The notes: generated by a model from the letters alone, not told the origin. A DNA stretch of 64,000 nucleotides from Desulfatiglandales bacterium (GCA_963666345.1 OY762721.1:4064001-4128000), one strand, 5' to 3'. Positions 10,759 through 22,068 are shown, counted from the first letter of the stretch. Numbers and translations: made by a program.

Positions 10759-11170
10759 CTTTTTCCCCCTTTTGGACCTACGAGTTGGAGATTAAGTCTT
10801 TCCCCAGAGACAAAATAATAAAGCAGCGGTTCAGAATCCGTACTGCAAGAAAGAGCTGAAACACCCCCCCCTTATGCCGTCAAAGGCAATCGAGGTTTTA
10901 AGGCAATATCGCAGATATTTAAATGATTAAAATTTGCTATGTCAACAAAAAATGTGAATTTAATTTGGATTATCATAATATATGTTTAAAATATTGCTTG
11001 ACGAGAAAAAAGACAACATGTAGATAATGAATGCGCTATTAAGAAAGTGTCAATTTCTTGTCCCATAAAATCATGGACTTTTTGGTTCCAAAAGAGATAG
11101 CTTTGGGCGCAACGTTAAAAAAGAGAGCCTTTTTGGTTCCTCTTTCGATTTTTGATTTTGGAGGTAAATT

Positions 11171-12688
11171 ATGAAAATAGTATTAATTCTTTCTGATTCT
11201 TTCAGATATGACCACATCGGATCGCTGGGGCTTCAACAGATTGATACCCCTGAAGTGGATGAACTTATAAGGGATTCCGTATTTTTTAAAAAATGTTACG
11301 CAGGCAGTTTTCCGACGGTGCCGCAGCGATACGACATGCTGACAGGAAAACTCGGGTTTCCTTTCAGGGGTTGGGAAAAGCTCACGGAGAAAGACATAAC
11401 GATTTCGGAAATCCTTCTTGATAACGGTTATGTCACCCAGTTGATTACCGACAGCAATGAAATACTGAGGCATGAACAGAACTACAACAGGGGCTATTTA
11501 GGGCACCACCTGGAGCGAGGGCAGGAGAGGGATATCTATTTTACCAAGATGAACGAAGCGCTTCCCTACACCATACCTGAGGAGAAGGCGCGTCACAGCT
11601 TCTATTTCGGGGACCACACCCAGGCGGATCTTACCAGATGGGTAAACAGCCACTGGCTGTGGGAGGAGGACAGATTCCCGCCAAGGCTCGCCAAGATGGC
11701 CAGCAAATGGATTGAAATGAACTATAAGGCGGAAAATTTGCTTCTTCATCTTGATTTTTTCGATCCTCACGAACCATGGGACCCGCCGGATTATTATGTG
11801 GAAAAATATGACCCCGACTACAAGGGAATCCCGATGACAATGCCCAATTACGGCCTTGCAGATGTGTTCACGGATGAGGAGTTGCACAACATGCATGCCA
11901 GGTACAAGGGCGAAGTCGAGATGGTCTCCAAGTGGATCGGCTTTGTGATCAGAAAAATGAAGGATGTGGGTATCTATGACGAGAGCATGATAATCTTTAC
12001 CAGTGACCACGGTATTCTTCTGGGAGAACATAACAGGACCGGAAAGCTAAATATAACAAAGACCGATACGAGAGGACAGTGGCCTCTTTTTGAAGATGTG
12101 ATCCATGTGCCGCTTGTCATAAAGATGCCGGGTCAGCAGTACAAGGGCAAAGAGATAGATGAGCTGGTTCAGCCGGTGGACTTCGTTCCCACCATTCTGG
12201 ATCTGGCAGGGATTGATACCGAGAAGCCCTTGCCGGGCAAGGCACCTGTCCCTCTAAGAGAGATAGCGGCGGAACTTAAGGGAATAATGCTTGGAAGGGA
12301 ACAGGGGCTCAATCCCCTGGATGGGAAATCCCTGGTTCCACTGATGAAGGGGGAGGGTGAATGGGAAAGGGAATATGTCTTTTCTTCCCAGAGGTTCGGA
12401 TATGTGAATGATAATTTTTCCTTCTCCCTGACTCCTGAAAAAGATTCCACAATGTTCTGGATAACGGTTACGGGAAAGGATCATGTCCTTCTTGTTGGAG
12501 GTCGGGAGGAAGATTCCCCCGAGCTTTATGACATGGAAAAGGATCCGGCACAGGAGAATAATATATTTTTGAACAACAGGGAAAAGGCCCTTGAAATGAA
12601 TGAAGCTCTCTGCAACTATCTTGAATCGCTTTCTGCCGACAAGGATAAAATCAGCGCACTGAGAGAAAAAATGAAATCCTATCTTTAA
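11171..12688 (+). CDS. Sulfatase-fold (alkaline phosphatase superfamily) hydrolase with a Thr nucleophile variant
   Basis: ILSDSFRYD, SFPTVPQR..LTG, FDPHEPWDPP, FTSDHG, ELYDMEKDPAQENN; no signal peptide; GGAGG RBS. Confidence 0.85.
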   Translation: MKIVLILSDSFRYDHIGSLGLQQIDTPEVDELIRDSVFFKKCYAGSFPTVPQRYDMLTGKLGFPFRGWEKLTEKDITISEILLDNGYVTQLITDSNEILRHEQNYNRGYLGHHLERGQERDIYFTKMNEALPYTIPEEKARHSFYFGDHTQADLTRWVNSHWLWEEDRFPPRLAKMASKWIEMNYKAENLLLHLDFFDPHEPWDPPDYYVEKYDPDYKGIPMTMPNYGLADVFTDEELHNMHARYKGEVEMVSKWIGFVIRKMKDVGIYDESMIIFTSDHGILLGEHNRTGKLNITKTDTRGQWPLFEDVIHVPLVIKMPGQQYKGKEIDELVQPVDFVPTILDLAGIDTEKPLPGKAPVPLREIAAELKGIMLGREQGLNPLDGKSLVPLMKGEGEWEREYVFSSQRFGYVNDNFSFSLTPEKDSTMFWITVTGKDHVLLVGGREEDSPELYDMEKDPAQENNIFLNNREKALEMNEALCNYLESLSADKDKISALREKMKSYL

Positions 12689-12854
12689 ACCACGTATTCC
12701 GCCTCAATCGGCCGAGACCTGAAAAGGCGGGGACATTTCTTGGAATGCAGGCGGAAAATTATAGGCGCTTTTTGCTGTTACCTATACCGGATAAAGGGGG
12801 ATCGCCCGTGCGATTCTATTTGGAAACATACAAACCTGTAAGGAGGAAATCAGA

Positions 12855-13874
12855 ATGAGATTTGGAAGATTACTCGTTGTGGCATTGGCATTTGTGCTTG
12901 TCGTTTCAGGCCTTGCAATGGCCGGTTCGACGCTTGATGCAGTCAAAGAAAAAGGTTTTGTTCAGGTAGGGGTAAGCGAGGGGCTCGCAGGTTTCGCAAT
13001 GCCCGATGAGAAAGGCGTGTGGCGCGGACTTGATGTGGAAACCGGCAGGGCTATCGCCTGTGCGGTTTTCGGCTCTCCTGACAAGATAAAGTTCGTACCG
13101 CTTACCTCCACTGCGCGTTTTACCGCTCTTCAGGCGGGCGAGGTTGATGTCCTGTGCAGAAATGTGACAACGACTCTCAGCAGGGATACTGCCGTGGGCA
13201 TGGATTTTGCGCATGTAAATTTTTATGACGGCCAGGGTTTCATGGTACCTAAAAAACTCGGTCTCAAAAGCGCAAAGGAACTTGACGGGGCATCTATCTG
13301 TGTACTGCCCGGATCTACGACAGAGCTTAACCTGGCCGATTATTTCAGACAGAACGGCATCAAGTACAATCCTGTGGTAATCCGAAACCAGTCCGCTCTT
13401 CAGGAGGCTTTTTACGGCGGCAGGTGCGACTGCATAACATCTGATTCGTCGCAGCTTGCAGGGATGAGGGTGGTTGCCCCCGATCCAAGTAAATATGAGG
13501 TCCTTCCCGAGATTATCTCAAAGGAACCCCTGGCCCCCTGTGTTCGACACGGAGACAATCAGTGGAAAGACGTTGTAAACTGGTCGGTGCAGGCACTCAT
13601 ACAGGCCGAGGAATTGGGGATTACCTCCAAAAACGTGGATGAAATGCTCAAGAGCAAGGATCCCAGGGTGAAACGTTTTCTCGGCAGCAGCGAAGGTATT
13701 GCAAAGGCACTTGGGCTTGAAAAGAACTGGGCATATAACATAGTAAAGAATGTGGGCAACTACGGCGAGATTTTTGAGAGAAACGTAGGTAAAAATACAC
13801 CTCTGGGTCTGGAAAGAGGATTGAACGACCTTTGGACAAAGGGCGGTTTGATGTATACTCCACCCTTCAGGTAG
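12855..13874 (+). CDS. aapJ: General L-amino acid ABC transporter substrate-binding protein (AapJ/BztA-like)
   Basis: Signal peptide; RFTALQAGEVDVL, FYDGQGFMV, ISKEPLAP, GNYGEIFERN, C-terminal YTPPFR. Confidence 0.9.
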   Translation: MRFGRLLVVALAFVLVVSGLAMAGSTLDAVKEKGFVQVGVSEGLAGFAMPDEKGVWRGLDVETGRAIACAVFGSPDKIKFVPLTSTARFTALQAGEVDVLCRNVTTTLSRDTAVGMDFAHVNFYDGQGFMVPKKLGLKSAKELDGASICVLPGSTTELNLADYFRQNGIKYNPVVIRNQSALQEAFYGGRCDCITSDSSQLAGMRVVAPDPSKYEVLPEIISKEPLAPCVRHGDNQWKDVVNWSVQALIQAEELGITSKNVDEMLKSKDPRVKRFLGSSEGIAKALGLEKNWAYNIVKNVGNYGEIFERNVGKNTPLGLERGLNDLWTKGGLMYTPPFR

Positions 13875-13879
13875 AAACA

Positions 13880-13910
13880 AATGAGGGTGCTCGGTTCCGG
13901 CACCCTCATT
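13880..13910 (+). terminator. Stem-loop after the SBP gene (terminator or mRNA-stabilising hairpin)
   Basis: AATGAGGGTGC / GCACCCTCATT 11-bp stem, no long U tract. Confidence 0.55.
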
Positions 13911-14022
13911 AAATGATTTGCTAAGAAAATAGTGCTTTATACTATTTTGATCCCCCTTTTATTTTCTTGAATCGAAGTCAAATGTAATAAGACAGATTAA
14001 AGGGTCTCTTTAATGCGAGGTT

Positions 14023-15210
14023 GTGGTGAATTCTTCTCTTACAGCATCCCAATCCACAGATGTGAGCTTCTGGAATGACCCCAGAAAAAGGTCTTTGATA
14101 TATCAGGTCGTAACCCTTGCGCTGGTAGGGCTTGCCGGGTATATAATCTTCAGCAATACCAGGGCCAATCTTGAAAGGCAGTCCATAGCTACGGGGTTTG
14201 CATTTCTTAAGGAGTCGTGTAGCTTTGAGATAGGCGAGTCCCTTATATCCTATTCTGCAGCAAGCAGTTATTTAAGTGCCCTGCTTGTGGGTGTATTAAA
14301 CACCCTGAAGGTTTCTTTCGTAGGTATATTTCTGGCTTTGATCCTGGGCACCGTGGTCGGAATCGCAAGGCTGTCTAGCAACTGGCTTGTTGCAAAAATT
14401 GCAGGCGCATATATCGAAGTAATGCAGAACATACCGGCACTGCTGCAGCTTTTTTTCTGGTATGCCATCTTTTATCAAAACCTTCCCTCGCCCCGCAAGG
14501 CACTCAGCCCCATTGACGGGGTTTACCTGTGCAACAGGGGTGTGTATTTTGCCGTGCCTACGTCTCACCCTGCTTATCTCTATATGGGCATTGCCTTTGG
14601 ATTGGCTCTAATACTTTGCATGCTGCTATACAGGTGGTCGAAGCAGAGGAAGGATAAAACGGGAAAGGATTTTCCTTTGCTGAAGGTCTCTTTTGCTGTG
14701 ATTATAGGCCTTCCCTTCCTTGTATGGGTTGCCTTCGGGGCCCCGCATGAAATGGATATGCCAGCACTGAGGGGTTTCAATTTCAAGGGAGGCATCAATA
14801 TAAGTCCTGAATTCACGGCCCTTCTGCTTGGCCTTGTCATGTACACGGGGGCTTTCATAGCGGAGGTTGTCAGGTCAGGCATAGAATCCGTAAGCAAGGG
14901 ACAGAAGGAGGCCGCTAAGTCCCTGGGACTTAAGAAAAGCAAGGTATTGAATCTCGTTGTCCTGCCTCAGGCCCTGAGGGTGATAATCCCGCCTGTAACG
15001 AGCCAGATGCTTAATCTCACGAAAAACAGCTCCCTTGCGGTGGGAATCGGTTACCCCGATTTTTTTTCCATAGCCAATACAACGATAAACCAGACAGGGC
15101 AGGCAATCGAGGGGGTTATCCTCATAATGCTGGTTTATCTGATATTCAGCCTTTCCACCTCGGTATTTATGAACTGGTATAATAAAAAGTCTCAACTCGT
15201 TGAACGGTAA
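14023..15210 (+). CDS. aapQ: Amino acid ABC transporter permease (AapQ-like)
   Basis: ARLSSNWL, AFIAEVVRSGI..V.KGQKEAA EAA loop, LNLTKNSSLA. Confidence 0.9.
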   Translation: MVNSSLTASQSTDVSFWNDPRKRSLIYQVVTLALVGLAGYIIFSNTRANLERQSIATGFAFLKESCSFEIGESLISYSAASSYLSALLVGVLNTLKVSFVGIFLALILGTVVGIARLSSNWLVAKIAGAYIEVMQNIPALLQLFFWYAIFYQNLPSPRKALSPIDGVYLCNRGVYFAVPTSHPAYLYMGIAFGLALILCMLLYRWSKQRKDKTGKDFPLLKVSFAVIIGLPFLVWVAFGAPHEMDMPALRGFNFKGGINISPEFTALLLGLVMYTGAFIAEVVRSGIESVSKGQKEAAKSLGLKKSKVLNLVVLPQALRVIIPPVTSQMLNLTKNSSLAVGIGYPDFFSIANTTINQTGQAIEGVILIMLVYLIFSLSTSVFMNWYNKKSQLVER

Positions 15211-15212
15211 TA

Positions 15213-16313
15213 ATGATTATGAATGAAGAGTCGGCAGCCAGGATTTCAGCACAGATAAGGCCACCGGTTACGAGAGTGGGTGTAATCGGCTGGGTCAGGA
15301 AAAATCTTTTTAACAGCTGGTTCAATTCAATACTGTCCCTGATTGCCTTGTATGTCCTATGGAAAACGGTCCCGCCATTTTTCAGGTGGGCGTTTATCGA
15401 CAGCCTATGGTTTTCCACATCCGACGCATGCAAGGCATGTGACGGCGCGTGCTGGTCCGTTGTTACAAAGAATATCCGCTTCATAATGTTCGGGTTTTAT
15501 CCGCATGAACTTCAGTGGAGGCCCCTTTCCGCGATAGTGGTGCTGTTCGGGCTTCTTGCCTTTACCTGGAACAGGAACAACTGGAAGAAGCCGCTTGCTG
15601 TTTCCTGGATAGTGGGCGTTATCGTAATGGCGGTATTAATGAGAGGCGGAGTACTAGGGCTCGAAGTCGTTGAGAGTTCGGAGTGGGGAGGATTTCCCCT
15701 GACTGTCATGCTGTCGATAGTCGCCATGGTGGCCGCCTATCCGCTGGGTGTTCTGCTCGCCCTTGGAAGAAGATCCGATATGTCTTTTATAAGGGCCGTA
15801 TGCGTTGTTTACATAGAGGCGATAAGAGGTGTGCCTCTTATAACGCTCCTTTTTATGTCCGCCATGATGTTCCCCTTGTTCATGCCGGAGGGTTTTACGG
15901 TAAACAAGCTGATACGCGCTCAGGCAGCCCTTATAATGTTTACCTCCGCCTATATTGCCGAGGTTGTAAGGGGCGGACTTCAGGGGATGTCCCGCGGTCA
16001 GTATGAAGCGGCACAATCCCTCGGGCTCAATTATTACCAGATGATGCGTCTTGTTATCCTGCCGCAGGCGCTGAAGATTGTTATCCCTCCGACTGTCAGT
16101 ATCCTCATAGTGGCTTTCAAGGATACGTCGTTGCTGGTAATTATCGCCGTTTATGACATACTCAAGTCAACCGAGGCGGTTCTTTCGATTCCCGAATGGA
16201 TGGGTTTCAGTTCCGAGGCATACCTGTTTCTGGCTATAATATATTTCCTATGCTGTTTTGCAATGTCGGAGTACAGCAGGAAATTGGAACGCGAATTGGG
16301 CGAAGGTCGCTGA
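15213..16313 (+). CDS. aapM: Amino acid ABC transporter permease (AapM-like)
   Basis: [39 protein letters not shown]. Confidence 0.9.
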   Translation: MIMNEESAARISAQIRPPVTRVGVIGWVRKNLFNSWFNSILSLIALYVLWKTVPPFFRWAFIDSLWFSTSDACKACDGACWSVVTKNIRFIMFGFYPHELQWRPLSAIVVLFGLLAFTWNRNNWKKPLAVSWIVGVIVMAVLMRGGVLGLEVVESSEWGGFPLTVMLSIVAMVAAYPLGVLLALGRRSDMSFIRAVCVVYIEAIRGVPLITLLFMSAMMFPLFMPEGFTVNKLIRAQAALIMFTSAYIAEVVRGGLQGMSRGQYEAAQSLGLNYYQMMRLVILPQALKIVIPPTVSILIVAFKDTSLLVIIAVYDILKSTEAVLSIPEWMGFSSEAYLFLAIIYFLCCFAMSEYSRKLERELGEGR

Positions 16314-16365
16314 AAAACAGCCATTGAGCCTTTATTATAACAATCAAAAGCACCGAGAGAAAGTC

Positions 16366-17145
16366 ATGGATCAGAAAATCGATAAAAAGGTGGTTGAACA
16401 GGAAAATCTTCAAGAGGAAATCATAGAGATCAGTGAGGTCCATAAGTGGTATGGTGATTTCCATGTCCTGAAGGATATAACCCTTACTGTTCGAAAGGGT
16501 GAAAGAATTATCATTTGCGGACCGTCCGGTTCGGGAAAATCAACCCTTATCAGATGCATAAACAGGCTGGAAGAGCATCAGAAGGGAACAATAAAGGTAG
16601 ACGGTATCGAGCTTACAAACAATATCAAAAATATTGAAAGGGTTCGCGCCGAGGTAGGAATGGTTTTTCAGCACTTCAATCTTTTCCCTCACCTTACGAT
16701 CCTTGACAATCTCACTCTCGGACCTGTGTGGGTAAGAAAGGTCCCGAGAAAAGAGGCTGAGGAAACCGCCATGTTTTATCTGGAAAAGGTCAAGATCGCA
16801 GATCAGGCAAAGAAGTACCCGGGCCAGCTTTCAGGAGGACAGCAGCAGAGAGTAGCCATAGCAAGGAGCCTGTGCATGAAACCGAAGGTGATGCTGTTTG
16901 ATGAGCCCACATCAGCGCTTGATCCTGAAATGATAAAGGAGGTGCTTGAAGTGATGATCGATCTTGCAGAAGAAGGCATGACCATGCTGGTGGTTTCCCA
17001 TGAAATGGGTTTTGCCAGAAAGGCCGCTCACAGAGTCCTTTTTATGGACTGGGGGCAGATACTTGAGCAGAATACCCCTGAGCAGTTTTTTTCAAATCCC
17101 CGCCACGAAAGGTCTCAGCTTTTTCTGGACCAGATCCTTCATTAG
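16366..17145 (+). CDS. aapP: Amino acid ABC transporter ATPase (AapP-like)
   Basis: [32 protein letters not shown]; start at MDQK 16366. Confidence 0.93.
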   Translation: MDQKIDKKVVEQENLQEEIIEISEVHKWYGDFHVLKDITLTVRKGERIIICGPSGSGKSTLIRCINRLEEHQKGTIKVDGIELTNNIKNIERVRAEVGMVFQHFNLFPHLTILDNLTLGPVWVRKVPRKEAEETAMFYLEKVKIADQAKKYPGQLSGGQQQRVAIARSLCMKPKVMLFDEPTSALDPEMIKEVLEVMIDLAEEGMTMLVVSHEMGFARKAAHRVLFMDWGQILEQNTPEQFFSNPRHERSQLFLDQILH

Positions 17146-18053
17146 CGGGCTTGTCGTGGAATTTTTCCGGGGCTGTTTGCAAGGTAAACCCCTGTGGTAA
17201 CAAAGAGGCCGCCTATGATAAGAGAAGGCGTGACCGGTTCCGCCAGGATGAGAAATGCGAGCAGTATCGCGGAGACAGGTACGAAATTGATGAACTGGCT
17301 CGCCTTCATCGCGCCTATCTTTTTTATCCCTTCATAATACCAGACAAACGCAACCACAGTGCCGAAAATGCCCAGATAAAATATGCTTACCCAGGATGCA
17401 AGGGAAAAATGCGTCAGGTCCCTAAGAAGCCCTTCTGAGCAGGCAGGTAAGAAAAGAGCCACACCCCCTATGACGGCTGCATATGACACGGTCAAAAGAG
17501 GTGATAACTCTCTCATCGCACTTTTCCCCAGCAGGGTATATGCAACCCAGCTGGCAACACAACCGATGATGAATCCCTCTCCAAGTCCCAGACCTGTATC
17601 GAAAATTTCAAGTATTCTCCCCCTGGAGATAACAGTAACAGCCCCGGTCAGGGAGAGTATTACCCCTGTTAGTTTTCTGGGTGTAAATTTTTCCTTGAAA
17701 AGAAGGGCTGAAAACAGGGCTATGAAGACGGGATTAATCGCAACAATTAAGGCAGCCCTGCCTGCATCGATAATCTTCAACCCCTTGAAGAAAAACGTAT
17801 TGTAAAGAAAGACCCCTGTCATTCCCAGTAAGAAAACAATGAAGAACTGTTTCGCTGAAAGAAGAGGCAGCCGACCTTCCACTTTCCATGTAATAAGAAG
17901 GAGAAATGCGGCGGCAACTGTAAATCGCAGGAAAGCGGCGGAAAAGGGACCCATGTCCCTTGTTACGATCCTTCCCGCTATGAAGGTGCCTCCCCAGAAA
18001 AGGGCCGTCAAGAACAGTTTGAAGTAGATAAGTATGTCGGATTTGTTTTTCAA
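17142..18053 (-). CDS. EamA/DMT family transporter
   Basis: About 10 hydrophobic helices; [10 protein letters not shown], duplicated EamA domains. Confidence 0.9.
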   Translation of the reverse strand: MKNKSDILIYFKLFLTALFWGGTFIAGRIVTRDMGPFSAAFLRFTVAAAFLLLITWKVEGRLPLLSAKQFFIVFLLGMTGVFLYNTFFFKGLKIIDAGRAALIVAINPVFIALFSALLFKEKFTPRKLTGVILSLTGAVTVISRGRILEIFDTGLGLGEGFIIGCVASWVAYTLLGKSAMRELSPLLTVSYAAVIGGVALFLPACSEGLLRDLTHFSLASWVSIFYLGIFGTVVAFVWYYEGIKKIGAMKASQFINFVPVSAILLAFLILAEPVTPSLIIGGLFVTTGVYLANSPGKIPRQAR

Positions 18054-18175
18054 TTATTTTAACCGGTGGCCAAAAGGCGGGTTCAGTCCCATAAAAGAGG
18101 GAGGATTTCAGTTGGTTGTTGCGATTTCCAACCGCTGACTTATGAGATCGGTACGAACATGCGGGTAGTATCGAA

Positions 18176-19705
18176 TCAGAGCATGACGCCCATCTGCCAG
18201 GGTACAAATTCATCGTCTCCGTAGCCGTAGATCTCGCTCCTGGTCTTTTTGCCTGAAGCGGTTGCCAGTATCTCTTCAAAGATCTTCCGGCCCATTTCTT
18301 TGAGAGAAGAAACTCCGTCTGCGATGACTCCACAGTTTACGTCCATGTCATCGGACATCTTTTCGTACATTTCGGTGTTGGAGGCCAGTTTGATTACGGG
18401 TGATGGTTTGCATCCCACAGTTGAACCCCTGCCGGTAGTAAAGCATATGATATTAGCCCCTCCGGCCACCATCGCCGTTATCGAGGGAAGATCGTATGCC
18501 GGGGTATCCATAAAAACGAAACCGCTTTCCCTGACCTGTTCCGCGTAATCGTATACCGCGTTAAGGGTCGTGGTTCCGCCCTTGGCAACGGCACCGAGTG
18601 ATTTTTCGGCAATGGTAGTAAGGCCTCCCGCCTTGTTGCCGGGGGTGGGGTTGTTGTCTATCTCATAACCGTTTCTGGATGTATAGTCCTCCCACCACTC
18701 AATTTTTTTAATAAGCCTTGCAGCTGTGTTTTCATCCCCGGTCCGGGCCAGGAGTATCTGCTCCGCACCGTATATTTCGGTGGTTTCGCTCAGGATGGCT
18801 GTGCCGCCCTGGTTTACCAGCATATCCATGGCATACCCCAGGGCGGGATTGGCAGTAATGCCCGAATATGCATCGGAGCCCCCGCACTCCAGACCTGCAA
18901 CCAGACGTGATGCGGGCACGGGCGTGCGTTCCACCTTGTCGGCAAGCGGCAGCATGCCCTTGACTATGCTGATGCCTTTTTCTACAGCCGCTTTGGTCCC
19001 TCCAATTTCCTGGATTCCCAGGGTCCTGAACATGGGGCCATCTGATAGTCCCCATTTGTTGAGAAAACGGTCTATCTGGTTTGTCTCGCATCCCAGCCCT
19101 ACGAGGAGCGCCCCTGCAAAGTTGGGATGGGTTATAAAACCACCCAGGCAGCGCAGAAAGGCCTCCATCGATTCACCTTCCGAAGCCATGGCGCATCCGC
19201 CGCTGTGTACAAGCGGTACGATTCCGTCCACGTTTGGAAAGGCTTTTAGAGCGTCACCCCCAAAGGCTTCAGCGATATATCTTGCCACTGTTGATGAACA
19301 TCCCACCATAGGGAGGATGCCGATGTAATTTCGTGTGGCAATGTCACCATTGCTTCTAACTATTCCCTGAAAGTATCTGCGTTTATCCTCAGGAAGGGCA
19401 GGGGGGGCGGCTGAACTGCCGGTGGCCGGGCTTTTGCTCTTATAATGTACCATCTTGAGATTTTGGCTGTGCACATGTTCGCCTTCCTCAATGGGTCTTG
19501 AGGCGATGCCGATTGTATGTCCATATTTGAGGATAGGCTCTCCTGCGGGAATTTTGCAGACAGACACCTTGTGCCCCGACGGCACAGGGGTCTTTGTAAT
19601 TATCGAATTTTGGGATATCAGACTCCCCTCGGTTAAATCCCTGAGAGCGATTATGACGTTGTCCTTCGGGTCGAGAAGAAGCGTATTTCTTTTATTTTCT
19701 ACCAT
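18176..19705 (-). CDS. UxaA/GarD family sugar-acid dehydratase (altronate dehydratase-like)
   Basis: SAF domain DNVIIAL..GHK..KYG; GLGCETNQ, GLECGGSD..SGITANPALG, NPTPGNKAGGLTTIAEKSLG, FTTGRG. Confidence 0.92.
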   Translation of the reverse strand: MVENKRNTLLLDPKDNVIIALRDLTEGSLISQNSIITKTPVPSGHKVSVCKIPAGEPILKYGHTIGIASRPIEEGEHVHSQNLKMVHYKSKSPATGSSAAPPALPEDKRRYFQGIVRSNGDIATRNYIGILPMVGCSSTVARYIAEAFGGDALKAFPNVDGIVPLVHSGGCAMASEGESMEAFLRCLGGFITHPNFAGALLVGLGCETNQIDRFLNKWGLSDGPMFRTLGIQEIGGTKAAVEKGISIVKGMLPLADKVERTPVPASRLVAGLECGGSDAYSGITANPALGYAMDMLVNQGGTAILSETTEIYGAEQILLARTGDENTAARLIKKIEWWEDYTSRNGYEIDNNPTPGNKAGGLTTIAEKSLGAVAKGGTTTLNAVYDYAEQVRESGFVFMDTPAYDLPSITAMVAGGANIICFTTGRGSTVGCKPSPVIKLASNTEMYEKMSDDMDVNCGVIADGVSSLKEMGRKIFEEILATASGKKTRSEIYGYGDDEFVPWQMGVML

Positions 19706-19848
19706 TTTTCAGTAATCCCTTTTTGGATGTGGAGACCGGATAGTCGATTCGTATAGTGGCCGTACTTTTTCGATCAGCAAAGATTATGAGGCATAGGGCA
19801 CCAGGTTTTATTAGAATGCGATATCAGTTATGTCTTCCGGATGTCGCC

Positions 19849-20661
19849 TTATATTTGTTGAAGTTCAACCGGATTGGTGAGAGTGCCGATTCCTTCAACC
19901 GTTACCTCAACCGTGTCTCCAGGCATGAGAAAGACAGGAGGTTTTCGCGTGAATCCGACCCCGCTGGGAGTACCTGTAAGGATAACAGTGCCTGGGAGCA
20001 GGGTCATGCCTGTTGAAAGGAAAGAGACCAGTCGGGCGACCGAAAAGATCATGTCCGATGTGTTGGCATCCTGCATCATTTCACCGTTTAGCTTGCAGAA
20101 AAGACGGAGTGCCTGCGGGTCCTTGATCTCATCGGAAGTAACCAGTTCCGGGCCGAGCGGACAGAATGTGTCAAAGCTTTTTCCCCTGACCCACTGGTTG
20201 GCGTTTCGTTTTCCCTGCCAGCGTCTCGCGGATATATCATTTGCAGCCGTATAGCCGAGAACGTAGTCCAATGCCTCAGTTTCGTCTACGTCCTTTGCGG
20301 CTTTACCGATAACAACCGCCAGTTCGACCTCGTAGTCTACTTCCGGGGGACTCATGCACGAAGGATGGAGAACTATAGGATCCCCGGGGTTGGTTGCAGC
20401 GGAAGGGTTTTTCATGAAAAGCACGGGATATTTAGGGGGTTCCATTCCTGTCTCTTCGGCATGTCGGTGATAATTTAGACCAATTCCGATAATTGCAGTG
20501 GGTACGACAGGTGAAAGCAGCTTGTTGCACTTTGCTGCTTTACCTGTTTCCCTGAAACCTGAAAAAAGATCTCCCTTCAGGATGAAAGCCTCATCGGCCC
20601 TGTATTTAGTCCCGTATTGCTCCTGGCCATTTTCAGATATAAATCTTATTATTTTCATCAA
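19849..20661 (-). CDS. Fumarylacetoacetate hydrolase family protein
   Basis: GIGLNY..H, DYEVELAVVIG, NDISAR, GKSFDTFCPLGP, LTGTPSGVG. Confidence 0.93.
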   Translation of the reverse strand: MMKIIRFISENGQEQYGTKYRADEAFILKGDLFSGFRETGKAAKCNKLLSPVVPTAIIGIGLNYHRHAEETGMEPPKYPVLFMKNPSAATNPGDPIVLHPSCMSPPEVDYEVELAVVIGKAAKDVDETEALDYVLGYTAANDISARRWQGKRNANQWVRGKSFDTFCPLGPELVTSDEIKDPQALRLFCKLNGEMMQDANTSDMIFSVARLVSFLSTGMTLLPGTVILTGTPSGVGFTRKPPVFLMPGDTVEVTVEGIGTLTNPVELQQI

Positions 20662-20782
20662 TCATCCTTTCGCCTTAAATGTGCGGAATTTTTATCTGTA
20701 ACAATTTGATAAAACGATATTCAGTTTTAATGCCCATGACTTATGAAGTTCATAAGCGACAGGCGATCTTTTATCTACTGGC

Positions 20783-21547
20783 TTATAAAGCCCGGGAGAT
20801 CCTCATCCTCCTTTTTCTCATAACCAGGAATTCAAAACGCTCCGAGACGAAATATTCCTCCGAGTAGAGGATGGGGTTTCTGTTACTGTCCATATCGGTC
20901 TGCTGAAGGCACATCAACAGATCACCCTGCTTTATCCCGAGAGACTCGGCAAGTGTCTTATCAGCCTTTACAGGTTTGAGCCTGAGCATGCTTGTACCCA
21001 GCTCAAATCCGAGTCTTTGTTCAAGCATACCGTAGAGGGATTCTTCCTCCAAGTAGGCTTTTTCCTGGCGCTCGGGTATTAACCCTTTGCGCAGGAAGTC
21101 TTCGGTATAGGCTACGGGGGCGCCGTTAGCCGTTCGGATCCGCTTGATAACAAACAGGGTTTCGCCGGGTTCGGCGCTGAGCCTTTTGGCGATCTTTTTG
21201 TCGGCTGGTATCTCCTCAATCCTTGTATCAAGGGAACCGGGCACCATACCCTTGCCCTTTATCATCTCTGATACGCCCTCGTTAAGATCCAGGGTGCTGT
21301 GAATCGGATAATTGCCTTGTGTTACAAAGGTCCCGATTCCCTGTTTCCTGATTACCACATCTTCTTCCTCAAGCGCCCTCATCGCCTCCCGGAGAGTGCC
21401 TCTGCTTACACCGAGCTTGGTGCAGAGATCACTTTCAGAAGGGAGCATATCGCCTTTCTCGAGTTTTTTATCGGTGATAAAACGGTAAATCTCCTCTTTT
21501 ACCAAAAGGTATAGCAACGGCTGTTTGACCCTCTTTATCATTTCCAT
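20783..21547 (-). CDS. GntR family regulator, HutC/UTRA subfamily
   Basis: LPSESDLC..LGVSRGTLREA..L..GIGTFV winged HTH plus UTRA domain (RIRTANGAP). Confidence 0.93.
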   Translation of the reverse strand: MEMIKRVKQPLLYLLVKEEIYRFITDKKLEKGDMLPSESDLCTKLGVSRGTLREAMRALEEEDVVIRKQGIGTFVTQGNYPIHSTLDLNEGVSEMIKGKGMVPGSLDTRIEEIPADKKIAKRLSAEPGETLFVIKRIRTANGAPVAYTEDFLRKGLIPERQEKAYLEEESLYGMLEQRLGFELGTSMLRLKPVKADKTLAESLGIKQGDLLMCLQQTDMDSNRNPILYSEEYFVSERFEFLVMRKRRMRISRAL

Positions 21548-21632
21548 TTTTTCACCATATTAAGAAACCTGATGCAATCGATTAATAAGGTTTTGTCTCT
21601 TTGTTAAACTGGAATAGCAGTTTGTGCGGTTT

Positions 21633-21965
21633 TTATGGTTTTGGAGCGCAACTCCAGCTGAGGAGCGCTATTTGTTCGCCGATGTTTATAATTTTATGCG
21701 GTACGGTTTCGCTGACCAGAAGTGCGTCTCCTTCTTCAAGTTCAACAAACAGTCCGTTTTCATTTGTCATCACAACCCTGCCTCTGACAACGAAAAAGAC
21801 CTCATGAGCTTCTGAATGGCCTGGATCCACCGCCCCTTCTTCTCCGGGAAAGAGTCGGGATGTGCCAAAGGTGATCTTTTCCGTGGCAAAGTACTCTCTG
21901 CACATCTCTTTACCTTCAAAAAAAATCCTGGCGTCCTTTTTCTTGATGACCTTGAATCCGCTCAT
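21633..21965 (-). CDS. Cupin domain protein
   Basis: DPGHSEAHEVFFVVRG and PHKIINIG cupin motifs; AGGAGG RBS. Confidence 0.85.
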   Translation of the reverse strand: MSGFKVIKKKDARIFFEGKEMCREYFATEKITFGTSRLFPGEEGAVDPGHSEAHEVFFVVRGRVVMTNENGLFVELEEGDALLVSETVPHKIINIGEQIALLSWSCAPKP

Positions 21966-22068
21966 CCTGTTTATACCTCCTTGTTTTATGGTACATAATA
22001 TTCGGTTTCTGAATGGGCATTATGAGATTTAATGATGTCGGCACCTTTTCAATAAAAGGAAATCAGGC

